Virus record (IMG/VR): IMGVR_UViG_3300031965_000022
Span: 1-64,000 of that record
DNA from: a virus
Reading direction: 5' to 3' (one strand)
Length of the DNA stretch: 64,000 nt
This document shows positions 8,080 to 16,076 of this stretch, piece after piece. Each line of letters begins with the position of its first letter. Position 1 is the stretch's first letter. The translations under genes were made by a program, and so were the position numbers. Under the pieces are notes generated by a model. That model did not search any database, was not told where the DNA came from, and saw only the letters and a program-made list of their open reading frames with translations.

Positions 8080-8260
8080 TAGGGGCCTCCTTTGCGGCCT
8101 TCCGCCGCACCCTTTCAAGAATCTCTGCGCACGCTTGGCACACCCAGATGGGCTGCCGCATCACCCGGTCCTCTACCACCCCCCAGCATCTCTGGCGAGT
8201 ACCGCAGAGGGGGCAGCGGATGATGCCGAATCGTCGGCCTAGGTGGGCAAACAGGGTCAT
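8069..8260 (-). CDS. small zinc-ribbon protein
   Basis: CPLC...CQAC pairs; ORF track. Confidence 0.55.
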   Translation of the reverse strand: MTLFAHLGRRFGIIRCPLCGTRQRCWGVVEDRVMRQPIWVCQACAEILERVRRKAAKEAPNAH

Positions 8261-8535
8261 GCTTCCTCCTTGTAGACATCATGGCCCCACACCCGCACCG
8301 CCCCGTGGACCTCCACCCCCCTGATGATCTCGCGCCATGCAGCGGCATTTACATCTCCGGTGGGTGAGAGCGTTAGGGGCCGTAGGGTCGGTAGGTCCTC
8401 TTCATAGATGGTGATGCCCGTGGCTGCGAAGCGGGTGGGGAAACGGAGGTTTAGGGTCTCCAACATTTGGGCTGGGGACGCGGCCACCAGGGGGGTGCCT
8501 GCTGGTACTGGTGCGTGGTAGAGGGTGGTCTTCAC
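8257..8535 (-). CDS. hypothetical protein
   Basis: GTG 8535 in GTGA overlap with upstream stop; AAGGAGG 5 nt upstream. Confidence 0.55.
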   Translation of the reverse strand: MKTTLYHAPVPAGTPLVAASPAQMLETLNLRFPTRFAATGITIYEEDLPTLRPLTLSPTGDVNAAAWREIIRGVEVHGAVRVWGHDVYKEEA

Positions 8536-8720
8536 TTGGCCTCCTTTTCGGCATCCGCCGCATCCGCAATCAGCCGTACCAGCGCCGTCCACCCATCAGT
8601 GCGGTGGTGCCCCCTTACGGTCCCCCTCCAGATGGGTGTTTCATTGATCCACGCACCCACTTCGTAGTCGCTCACCTCAGCTAGGTTACTAAGGTTGCGG
8701 GCTGTGATGATAAGGGCCAT
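8532..8720 (-). CDS. hypothetical protein
   Basis: ATG 8720 (MALIITARN) 2 nt after the sigma gene stop. Confidence 0.5.
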   Translation of the reverse strand: MALIITARNLSNLAEVSDYEVGAWINETPIWRGTVRGHHRTDGWTALVRLIADAADAEKEAK

Positions 8721-8722
8721 TC

Positions 8723-9166
8723 TTAGAGACCTCTGCTCTTGATCGATACTGCATCCGCAATCCCCCACTCCTCAAGTGACAACAGCCGCCTACGAGCCCT
8801 GCCCCCTGCATGGGTCTTTGTGCTGTAGAATCTATTTAGGACTAATAGTTTCGTCTGTGTAATCAACACCGCATGTGGGGAACGACCCTCAAATCCTTCG
8901 TCTATGCGCCGCATCGTCTGCAAAAAGGTGTCCTGAGTGATGTCTTCCGCATCTGCCCAATTGTGCGTCATGCTCAGGGTGAAGTGGAGCACCCTAAGGT
9001 AAAGGGGCAGATACCGCACCTCAAACTCCTCACGTCGGCGCTTGTGCAGGCTTTGGGCCTCGGCCTTTCGTTCCAGGCGCTCCAGGTCAGAGGGCGGGGC
9101 GGGGGTAGCCCGACGGGGCTGGTGCTTGGACTTTCGGAGGCTGGCGAGGAAGTCGTTTTGGGTCAT
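8723..9166 (-). CDS. minimal sigma-70 family (ECF-like) sigma factor
   Basis: region 2 signature WADAEDITQDTFLQ followed by LITQTKLLVLNRF; short C-terminal LSLEEWGIADAVSIKSR resembles a truncated region 4 HTH; only 147 aa. Confidence 0.55.
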   Translation of the reverse strand: MTQNDFLASLRKSKHQPRRATPAPPSDLERLERKAEAQSLHKRRREEFEVRYLPLYLRVLHFTLSMTHNWADAEDITQDTFLQTMRRIDEGFEGRSPHAVLITQTKLLVLNRFYSTKTHAGGRARRRLLSLEEWGIADAVSIKSRGL

Positions 9167-9174
9167 CTTAAACC

Positions 9175-9345
9175 TTAGATGCTCCTCGGGGCCGTGGGGT
9201 TGTCTAGCCGAATGACCGAACCGTGACGCTCACACCGCCACCCAATCGGCTCATTGGCGGTGTTGTAGAGGCTGACAAAGCAGGGAGCGCCACAGTGGGG
9301 GCAGGGGCGGGCGTTGGGGTCGTGGACTTGGTGGATTTTATTCAT
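9175..9345 (-). CDS. small zinc-ribbon protein (56 aa, not in ORF track)
   Basis: MNKIHQVHDPNARPCPHCGAPC...WRCERH; TAATG coupling to 9345..9551; its 3' end contains motif copy 9178-9203. Confidence 0.45.
   Translation of the reverse strand: MNKIHQVHDPNARPCPHCGAPCFVSLYNTANEPIGWRCERHGSVIRLDNPTAPRSI
9178..9203 (-). promoter_or_regulatory. phage bipartite motif CAACCC-N14-GCATC directly upstream of the sigma gene
   Basis: GATGC(9178-9182)-N14-GGGTTG(9197-9202); 11 nt upstream of ATG 9166. Confidence 0.6.
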
Positions 9346-9551
9346 TATTCCTCAGGTGGGGCATCTTCCCCCCACTCACCAATGAGATTCCCGCACCAGT
9401 CTACAGAGTACCATATCTTGCGTTGGACTCCACGATGGCCATATGGCTCGGCAGGAGTTCCTGCAAGTGCGTTGACGTGCCACGGGTCATCCACTAACTC
9501 AAAGTGGTGATGGGAAGGACTGAGGCGCTTCATTTTATCCTTGGTGGTCAT
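9345..9551 (-). CDS. hypothetical protein
   Basis: ATG 9551 in ATGA overlap with upstream stop. Confidence 0.5.
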   Translation of the reverse strand: MTTKDKMKRLSPSHHHFELVDDPWHVNALAGTPAEPYGHRGVQRKIWYSVDWCGNLIGEWGEDAPPEE

Positions 9552-9775
9552 ATTGCGTGGCTCCACTCTCCACCTCCTTCGTAGCGCAGGCCGTGCCGGG
9601 TTGCAACCACAGCTAATCGGTCCTCCGCATCCTCCAAGTCGAAGGTCGGCTCACCGACCCAAAAGGTGGCTGCAAACTCCCCACCCACCTGCTCCTCTAT
9701 CAAGGGTTGGTAGCAAGGCGCTTGGCGCACTACTGACTCGTCAATGAAACCGTGGAGGCGACGTTCAGGTCTCAT
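9548..9775 (-). CDS. hypothetical protein
   Basis: ATG 9775 (GTG 9778 alternative) with AAGGAG upstream. Confidence 0.5.
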   Translation of the reverse strand: MRPERRLHGFIDESVVRQAPCYQPLIEEQVGGEFAATFWVGEPTFDLEDAEDRLAVVATRHGLRYEGGGEWSHAI

Positions 9776-9992
9776 CACTTTGCTCCTTGATTACAATAAC
9801 TCGTAGGTCTGGGCCGGGAGATGTAGTTTCTACCAAAAATGTCACCCCCTCCGGAGAACCTTCAACCCCAACCAGGACAGCATCCTCCGGGAATCCCTCC
9901 AACACCTCAGTCCTCTTCTTTGGAGGCCACTTAGCCCCTGTTTGAAACAACTGCCTCAGCAACTCGAACGAGAATCGAAATTTAACGTGCAT
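9765..9992 (-). CDS. hypothetical protein
   Basis: ATG 9992 (GTG 9995 alternative) with AAGGAGG upstream, coupled to ATPase stop. Confidence 0.5.
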   Translation of the reverse strand: MHVKFRFSFELLRQLFQTGAKWPPKKRTEVLEGFPEDAVLVGVEGSPEGVTFLVETTSPGPDLRVIVIKEQSDET

Positions 9993-11005
9993 CACCCCTC
10001 CTTCCGCATCCTCCCACCCCCAAGATCGGTCACCAACCCCAGCCTCACCAGCCGGGTCCGCATGTTGTACGCGCTGGCCCGCGACAGCTTATCATCCCCT
10101 TCTAGGTCAGCGACCGTGAACTCCCCCGGCGGCAACATCCGCCACAGTTCCGCCTGCCGGTCAGTCAGCATCGCCGTGAGATCATCTTCCTCCCGTAGCG
10201 GTGCGGGTTTGAAGCCCGCGAGCTTCGGTTTCCCCTCTTCGTCCGACCCCAGGATCACACTTTCCAGCATCATCGGCTCCATATCCTCACCGCGTCTCCA
10301 CCCGTTGAAAAAGAAGATACGATCCCCTGCATCCCCTTTGTACTCCAACCCCAACCGCACATCGCTGCGGCTCTGAATCTCCATCCCCCCGGATGCCTCC
10401 TCCAGCCAATCCCGAGGGTCCTTAATCAACGAAGGTTGCTGCGCGGCAATCCTAGACTTCTTTCTGGTGTTGAAGGTAAACACGAAGGTCAACCCTGGGT
10501 AGGTGCGGTGCAGCATCCGACACCACTTATACACCACCATAATGTGCATTCCCTTCTTAGTGTCCACCGGAAAGAACATATTGAAGGGGTCTACCATAAC
10601 TACCGCATCGGGTTTTGCCGCCACCTTCGACTCCAGCCACTTCATCCTTTCGTCCATTGACTTTGCCAGCACGTTTAGCAATTCAGCGGTGGAGACGTTC
10701 TCGTCACTACCGGCCTCCAGGAACATCTCCACCGTTGCGGGGTCATCTGGCGGAGTCAAGCTGTGGCGCTCCCCCATTGCAGCCCACCCACGCCAAAAGG
10801 CCCATGCCGGGGTTTCGTGTGCGAGCATCAACACCGGACGGCGCTGCACCCGCCGACCGCACCACCGCAACCCGGTGGTGAGGCAAAAGGCCCACTCCGC
10901 CAGCAACGGCGACTTCCCCGCCCCAAAGGTTCCTGAAATGGTGACAAGCTGGGCCTCTCGAAAGATACCCTCAATCAATTCGATGCGCGGTGGCGGAACG
11001 ATCAC
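9992..11005 (-). CDS. P-loop ATPase, RecA/DnaB-like (AAA_25-type), C-terminal wHTH-like segment
   Basis: Walker A GTFGAGKS in the context typical of RepA/AAA_25 ATPases; GTG start with AAGGAG 5 nt upstream. Confidence 0.7.
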   Translation of the reverse strand: MIVPPPRIELIEGIFREAQLVTISGTFGAGKSPLLAEWAFCLTTGLRWCGRRVQRRPVLMLAHETPAWAFWRGWAAMGERHSLTPPDDPATVEMFLEAGSDENVSTAELLNVLAKSMDERMKWLESKVAAKPDAVVMVDPFNMFFPVDTKKGMHIMVVYKWCRMLHRTYPGLTFVFTFNTRKKSRIAAQQPSLIKDPRDWLEEASGGMEIQSRSDVRLGLEYKGDAGDRIFFFNGWRRGEDMEPMMLESVILGSDEEGKPKLAGFKPAPLREEDDLTAMLTDRQAELWRMLPPGEFTVADLEGDDKLSRASAYNMRTRLVRLGLVTDLGGGRMRKEG

Positions 11006-11021
11006 TCAGACTCCTTAACCC

Positions 11022-11050
11022 TTGACATCTTTGCGGGGATGTGGTATGTT
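11022..11050 (+). promoter_or_regulatory. sigma70-like promoter candidate for the plus-strand block
   Basis: TTGACA (11022-11027), 17-nt spacer, TATGTT (11045-11050), in the gap between the divergent blocks. Confidence 0.4.
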
Positions 11051-11068
11051 TGGGGAAGGTATTTCCCT

Positions 11069-11530
11069 ATGAGCCAACCCCACCTCCCCAGCGAGTGGTG
11101 GCCCGAGACCATCCGCATAATCGTCGAAGAGGGCCTGACGCCCCTTCCCGGTGAAACCAACGGCCAATTTGTCATCCGAGCTAACACCCTTGCAGGCTAC
11201 AACACTCCCGAAGAGGATGTCAAGGCCGCGTCCCGCAGCCGCATGTGGCGTGAGCATCTCGACGCGGCGATGAAAAGCCATTATGTCCACCTCTACCAAA
11301 CCGTGGCGCAGGATAAGGCCATCGCCGTTGGCCGGATGACCGCTCTGTCGATGAAGCTGGAGCGCCAAGGTAAAACCAAGGACGCCCTTGATGGCCTCGC
11401 CAGCGTCATCAAAGCTGAGGGGGCCATCGACTCGGATTCACTGCTCGACGCTTTGTCGGGCACGGCCCTCCAGAAAGCCCTCACCGAGGTCAGGGAGCGG
11501 AAAGCCGTGAAGGTTGAGAAGGTCAACTAA
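11069..11530 (+). CDS. hypothetical protein (small terminase possible by position only)
   Basis: ORF 11039..11530 trimmed to ATG 11069 because 11039 lies inside the candidate promoter. Confidence 0.5.
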   Translation: MSQPHLPSEWWPETIRIIVEEGLTPLPGETNGQFVIRANTLAGYNTPEEDVKAASRSRMWREHLDAAMKSHYVHLYQTVAQDKAIAVGRMTALSMKLERQGKTKDALDGLASVIKAEGAIDSDSLLDALSGTALQKALTEVRERKAVKVEKVN

Positions 11531-11704
11531 TCCTCGCCATAAGTTGAGATGCTGTGTAGGATGTACCACCAGGTATACAGCCACCAATGGCGGCACCTAA
11601 CGCCTCCCAGTAATTGACGAGGGGAGGGCTGTTATATTGTGATGGGGTTGTAGCTGCAAAGACCTCTTTTATGTTTGCCGGGGACAGCCCTCCGGCCTTT
11701 GCAG

Positions 11705-11926
11705 CTAAAAAGGGCGGACGATGATCTCCACCCGGTTGAGCTTGTCGGCGTACTTCTCCGGCACCGCACGGGCCGCCCGCATCGCCACTTCTTCCTGTGA
11801 TTGGGATAGGGTTGCGGCAATAGGTACCACGATCTCCGACGGTGGGGTGGTATCGTTCCCTGCCGCATCTTTTAACTCCTTGTGGTGAAACAAAACTGCG
11901 TATTGAAACAACTTTGACTGTGCCAT
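11705..11926 (-). CDS. hypothetical protein (73 aa), lone antisense gene inside the plus-strand block
   Basis: ATG 11926 (MAQSKLFQYAVLFH...VRPF) with AAGGAGG 6 nt upstream; motif copy 12033-12058 upstream. Confidence 0.6.
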   Translation of the reverse strand: MAQSKLFQYAVLFHHKELKDAAGNDTTPPSEIVVPIAATLSQSQEEVAMRAARAVPEKYADKLNRVEIIVRPF

Positions 11927-12032
11927 TGGGCACCTCCTTAATTGATCTACAAATCCGGTTACACACTCGAACTCGTGAAAGTCAAGGGCCAGTGGCGTCT
12001 GGTGTTGAGGTCGCTGCCCCCAAAGTAACTTA

Positions 12033-12058
12033 GATGCCCCGTTCCCTTTGGGGGTTGC
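12033..12058 (-). promoter_or_regulatory. phage bipartite motif CAACCC-N14-GCATC (candidate promoter)
   Basis: GATGC(12033-12037)-N14-GGGTTG(12052-12057); 106 nt upstream of ATG 11926. Confidence 0.6.
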
Positions 12059-12086
12059 CTTAGACTGCATTTCTGGCGACGACGCC

Positions 12087-12116
12087 TTAGCATCTCAATG
12101 TTTCGTAAAATATACT
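12087..12116 (+). promoter_or_regulatory. sigma70-like promoter candidate
   Basis: TTAGCA (12087-12092), 18-nt spacer, TATACT (12111-12116); back-to-back with motif copy 12033-12058. Confidence 0.35.
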
Positions 12117-12140
12117 CTGGCGAAGAAAGGTATTCTCTCA

Positions 12141-12326
12141 TTGGATATCATACAGGACGGCTGCTCCATCCCCTGGGCCACGCCCTGTCTCCTCTGCCAG
12201 CAAGCTATCCAGCCGCAGGATGATTGGACCTACCTCATCTCCCGAATGCGCGGCATCTATCCCGTCCACGATGCTTGTGTGGGCAGCGACTACACCGATA
12301 AGGGAATCTCTTTAGACACCGCATAA
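12141..12326 (+). CDS. hypothetical small Cys/His protein
   Basis: frame of ORF 12048..12326; TTG 12141 lies downstream of the candidate promoter; weak SD. Confidence 0.3.
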   Translation: MDIIQDGCSIPWATPCLLCQQAIQPQDDWTYLISRMRGIYPVHDACVGSDYTDKGISLDTA

Positions 12327-12407
12327 TTACTCCCCAACAGCAAGAATTGTCCATGTGCTGGGTACAATACGGGAGCCCTCGTCGTTCACGGTTATCGGTA
12401 TTAGGGC

Positions 12408-13952
12408 ATGTTTTCAACCTCCGACTCCGACTTACTTTCGCAAATCACCTCAGGGGCTAAAGATGAGTCCGAAGAGGAAGCTCGACTTATTATAGCCGAG
12501 AGTTTACGCCGTGACAAGAAATTTGTTGCATACTGGGAACCTTGTGGGGATCAGGTTAAGTTCTGGGAGCAACTGAGGCCGGAGCAAAAGGTCTGGTTGG
12601 TTCTTGGGGGTAATCGGGCAGGCAAGTCCGATTTAGGATGCTTTCTTATTACGGCGTGGTTATTGGGGAAAGACTACTTCCGCGACGAGGTAAACTGGAG
12701 GTGGGTAGAGCCTTTACCCATCCCTGAAGGTCCTGTCAACGTCCGCTCTGTTGGACTCAACAGCGATCTTTTGAAGGACCCCCTGTGGGAGAAATTGACA
12801 GCATCCACCGATCATCCCCCATTCTTTCCTAAGAACGCCCTCAAATCTAAATCAGATCATCAAATCAGCGCCCGATTCAAACGCGGCAGCAAATATACAG
12901 GGAAGTCAGCAGATGTAGACCCCCGAACCCACGGTGGTCCCTCGTGTCATTTAGTCCACTTAGATGAGGAATGCACCAAGGCCATATACGACGAATCGTA
13001 CCAGCGTACTGTGTCTACAGGAGGTAAACTTTTGGTGACAGCTACCCCCCTGCTCGATGTTGCAACCACCCAACAACCCTGGCTCTACGATCTCGTTGAA
13101 GAGTGGAAGGTGGGCAATCCCGAAATTGGAGTGGTGCTGATGTCTGCGTTGAACAACCCCCACACCCCTGAGGCAGAAAAAAGGAAACTATTAACCAAGT
13201 GGAGGGGCCATCCAGAGGAACGAGCTAGACTCTATGGAGAGTTTTTCCAACGAAGTGGGAGGTACTATTCAGGGTGGAAGTCCGAACCCCCACTCTGGGT
13301 CCCCGCCCACGACATCCCTCCGGACCACATGCGGGTGGTAATGATCGACCCGGCTGTCACCGGCTACGTCGGGGCGCTATGGGCTGCCATCAGCCCCAAA
13401 GGAAAGATGAGTCTCTACCGTGCCTACAAGGAAAAGGGCCGCACAGTCTCCCAGCATGTGGAGGCTATTCTCACCGAGAACCGGGGCGACCCCATCCGCA
13501 TCTGGGCCTGTGACCCGTTCATGGGCCGCCAGCGGGTCCCCGACGCCCAGCTTAAGGAGGATTACAAAACAGTCCTCCAGGTGTGGCGGGAAGCGGGCTT
13601 GAGCCGCCTCATCTACCCCGATCTCGACTACACCCGCGCCCTTGCAGCCTCTCACGAGTACATGGATGCGGCCTTTGACCCCACACACCCACACCCGCCG
13701 GTTGAGGTTTTCGACCACCTCAGCGAGTGGGAGTGGGAAATCAGCCGCTACGTCATTGACGCTGTGGCCCAGGGGCCGAATCGGGGTGCTGTGCGGGACC
13801 GCCCCCGCAAGGGCCGTGACGGTTCCTCAACCCTCATGGAGTGTTATCAGTATCTCTGTGGGATGCGGTTGCGGGCTCCAGCAGAATCTCCCCGGCCAAG
13901 GCCGCAGCGCCCAATGGTCCGCACCAAACCGTGGGGGGATGAGACGTGGTGA
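12408..13952 (+). CDS. terL: terminase large subunit
   Basis: Walker A GGNRAGKS, Walker B-like HLVHLDEE, C-terminal nuclease-like half; 514 aa. Confidence 0.85.
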   Translation: MFSTSDSDLLSQITSGAKDESEEEARLIIAESLRRDKKFVAYWEPCGDQVKFWEQLRPEQKVWLVLGGNRAGKSDLGCFLITAWLLGKDYFRDEVNWRWVEPLPIPEGPVNVRSVGLNSDLLKDPLWEKLTASTDHPPFFPKNALKSKSDHQISARFKRGSKYTGKSADVDPRTHGGPSCHLVHLDEECTKAIYDESYQRTVSTGGKLLVTATPLLDVATTQQPWLYDLVEEWKVGNPEIGVVLMSALNNPHTPEAEKRKLLTKWRGHPEERARLYGEFFQRSGRYYSGWKSEPPLWVPAHDIPPDHMRVVMIDPAVTGYVGALWAAISPKGKMSLYRAYKEKGRTVSQHVEAILTENRGDPIRIWACDPFMGRQRVPDAQLKEDYKTVLQVWREAGLSRLIYPDLDYTRALAASHEYMDAAFDPTHPHPPVEVFDHLSEWEWEISRYVIDAVAQGPNRGAVRDRPRKGRDGSSTLMECYQYLCGMRLRAPAESPRPRPQRPMVRTKPWGDETW

Positions 13953-13982
13953 TGTCCGCATGGGCACAAAGCCATAACCATC

Positions 13983-14012
13983 TGTCAAGTATTCCTTGAC
14001 ACTTTCTGTCAA
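13983..14012. promoter_or_regulatory. overlapping palindromes TGTCAAG-N5-CTTGACA-N5-TGTCAA (operator-like)
   Basis: 13983-13989 / 13995-14001 / 14007-14012; half-site TGTCA/TGACA also seen at 3176-3212. Confidence 0.45.
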
Positions 14013-14055
14013 ACCCTCGACACCACAACATCTTGCGCCCTTTGGAACTATCCCC

Positions 14056-14084
14056 TTGACAACCCCCAAAATATGTGATACGCT
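14056..14084 (+). promoter_or_regulatory. sigma70-like promoter candidate (extended -10)
   Basis: TTGACA (14056-14061), 17-nt spacer ending TGA, TACGCT (14079-14084); GGAGG and GTG 14117 downstream. Confidence 0.35.
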
Positions 14085-14116
14085 TGGTACTGGGATTGTA
14101 ACAGGGTGGAGGCCCG

Positions 14117-14707
14117 GTGAGACAATTTTTGTCAGCGGTGGCGTTGATCCTAGTAGGCACAGCCCTATTCATTTACCAAGTGACCGCTGCGCCGTCCCCA
14201 ACACTCCGTCAATCCATCTTCATTGTCACAATCGATAATGAGTCCAGGTGTACAGCCTTTGCAGCCGGAGACCAGAAATTTGTCACAGCCTTCCACTGCT
14301 TGCGCAGCCTCAATTCGGTATTGCAGCTGTACGACGCCAGCGGTAACTGGTGGGAAGCCGCCCTGGACTCTGTGGACCCTGAAGTGGATACCGCAGTGTT
14401 CACTTCTGAGATGCCCGCAGAAGCCCTAAGGATAGACACGGCTCTGCCGTTGGACAAAGATTGGGTCTACACCCTCGCCAGCGTCCGAGGGTACACCGGC
14501 CTGTTCGCCCTGCACGGCTGGGTAGCCTATGCAGATGGAAGCACCATCATCGTCCAGATGCCCGGTTGGACCTTCGGCTCCAGCGGCAGTCCGATCATCT
14601 GCCAAAACGGTGCGGTCTGTGGCATGGCTACCCACTTCGACCCGGAACTTCACTTTATCGGTGTACGGCCCACGGTAACGTGGCAGCACCTTTTGACAGG
14701 AGACTAA
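14117..14707 (+). CDS. trypsin-like (S1/chymotrypsin-fold) serine protease with N-terminal signal/TM segment
   Basis: catalytic-triad contexts TAFHC, VDTAVF, GSSGSP; hydrophobic N-terminus SAVALILVGTALFIY. Confidence 0.75.
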   Translation: MRQFLSAVALILVGTALFIYQVTAAPSPTLRQSIFIVTIDNESRCTAFAAGDQKFVTAFHCLRSLNSVLQLYDASGNWWEAALDSVDPEVDTAVFTSEMPAEALRIDTALPLDKDWVYTLASVRGYTGLFALHGWVAYADGSTIIVQMPGWTFGSSGSPIICQNGAVCGMATHFDPELHFIGVRPTVTWQHLLTGD

Positions 14708-14708
14708 G

Positions 14709-14942
14709 ATGGCATTTCCTGGTAAGGTACCCGCAGAAGCCCTGAGTTACATCAAAGTCGGCACCCATGCGACCCGCGCCAAGGTTGCGGCTCAATTCCG
14801 GGACGCCCCCATAGGCACCATTTACATCTCGGCCCCAGCGGTTGGAGGCACAGCCCTCATCTACGTCAAGCTGACTGAAAGTGGAGGGGCGAGCGGTACC
14901 TCCACGGATTGGCAGAAAATCACCACAAGTGCCGCAGACTAA
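14709..14942 (+). CDS. hypothetical protein
   Basis: ORF track; ATG 2 nt after the protease stop. Confidence 0.55.
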   Translation: MAFPGKVPAEALSYIKVGTHATRAKVAAQFRDAPIGTIYISAPAVGGTALIYVKLTESGGASGTSTDWQKITTSAAD

Positions 14943-14958
14943 CACAAAGGGGTAGACA

Positions 14959-15276
14959 GTGGCTTTCACAGAAAGACATATACAGTTAGGAGTTGAAGGC
15001 GGAGGTCTGGACACCTGTGCTTGTGGTGCCTGTGCAACAGACTCACCGGCATCGGTAATGTTAGCAGAAGAACCTACACATACACTCCACAGCTTTAGTG
15101 TGTGTAGCACTATTCACTCCAAACGAATACCCCCAGAATGGGATAGCGGGCACGTTTTGCGATACCTTGAGAAGCATCGAGATGGAAAACAGATAGACCG
15201 TGAGGTGAGTACAGATTGGGGCAATCGTCAGCCTCCCATCAAGTTGCAACCGACAATAGAGAGTGCGTGGAAATAA
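14959..15276 (+). CDS. doubtful ORF
   Basis: GTG start, no clear SD, lower G+C; the region may be non-coding leader. Confidence 0.25.
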   Translation: MAFTERHIQLGVEGGGLDTCACGACATDSPASVMLAEEPTHTLHSFSVCSTIHSKRIPPEWDSGHVLRYLEKHRDGKQIDREVSTDWGNRQPPIKLQPTIESAWK

Positions 15277-15374
15277 CCTATTGTTGTTGCTTTTGTCCTA
15301 TTTGCTCAGAGTGGTAGTTAGTACGACCCGAGGGGTTTGACAGCACCCCGGCCAACACCAAAGGAGAAACCGAA

Positions 15375-16076
15375 ATGTCATTTGCATTCAAGGGTCATGA
15401 ACGTGTATTCAGGAAGGTCACACTGATCCCGGCGGCCAGTTCTGACACCGTGCTGGAGGTCCAGGATGGGGCCGGAAACATAGTATCTACTTATACGGGT
15501 GGTAGCGAGGTCAAGTCGGGCGCAAATCTTAACCTTGACCTAGAGACCCTCACAGACTCCAAGCCCGTTCGCATCAACTCCCGCAACTTCACGCAGACCA
15601 GTGGTGACACCATCGGGTTCCAGACAACCCCCAATCAAGCAGCGACGACCAGTGGTGAGGTATACGGCGCTCAGTTCAAGCCGCGAGTCGCCAACACTTT
15701 TGATGCCCTCGCTTGTACGGGAGTCGGTATTGACTCCGAATTGAAGGGTTCCGGGGCAGGCGCACTAACCGACGACCTGCGCGGCATCAATATGTACCTT
15801 GGAGCAACTGGCACTGGCACTATCGGAGGAAACGTTGTAGGCATCCGCGCTCGTGTCGAGTCAAACATCAATCCCACGGGCAACATTGTCCTACTTCTCC
15901 CGGTCCAGCACGAAGGCACCCAGGGGTGGGATGGACTCATCAAGTTTGACGCTGCGTTGGGTACCCACTCCATGACCACCAACGCCGACAAGACCGCTGA
16001 GGCCAAGTCGGGCACCATCAAGGTGCGGGGCAGCGACGGAACTCTCTATCACATTCAGTTATACGCCGATGCTTAG
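15375..16076 (+). CDS. probable abundant virion structural protein (role unknown)
   Basis: strong AAGGAG SD; Gly/Thr-rich beta-type sequence; short transcription unit that ends at hairpin 16405-16436. Confidence 0.65.
   Translation: MSFAFKGHERVFRKVTLIPAASSDTVLEVQDGAGNIVSTYTGGSEVKSGANLNLDLETLTDSKPVRINSRNFTQTSGDTIGFQTTPNQAATTSGEVYGAQFKPRVANTFDALACTGVGIDSELKGSGAGALTDDLRGINMYLGATGTGTIGGNVVGIRARVESNINPTGNIVLLLPVQHEGTQGWDGLIKFDAALGTHSMTTNADKTAEAKSGTIKVRGSDGTLYHIQLYADA

Noticed and set aside
15329-15345. TTGACA upstream of the highly expressed 15375 gene as a sigma70 promoter
   Set aside because: No acceptable -10 hexamer lies at 16-19 nt spacing. The sequence is more likely part of a small GGGGT/ACCCC hairpin.
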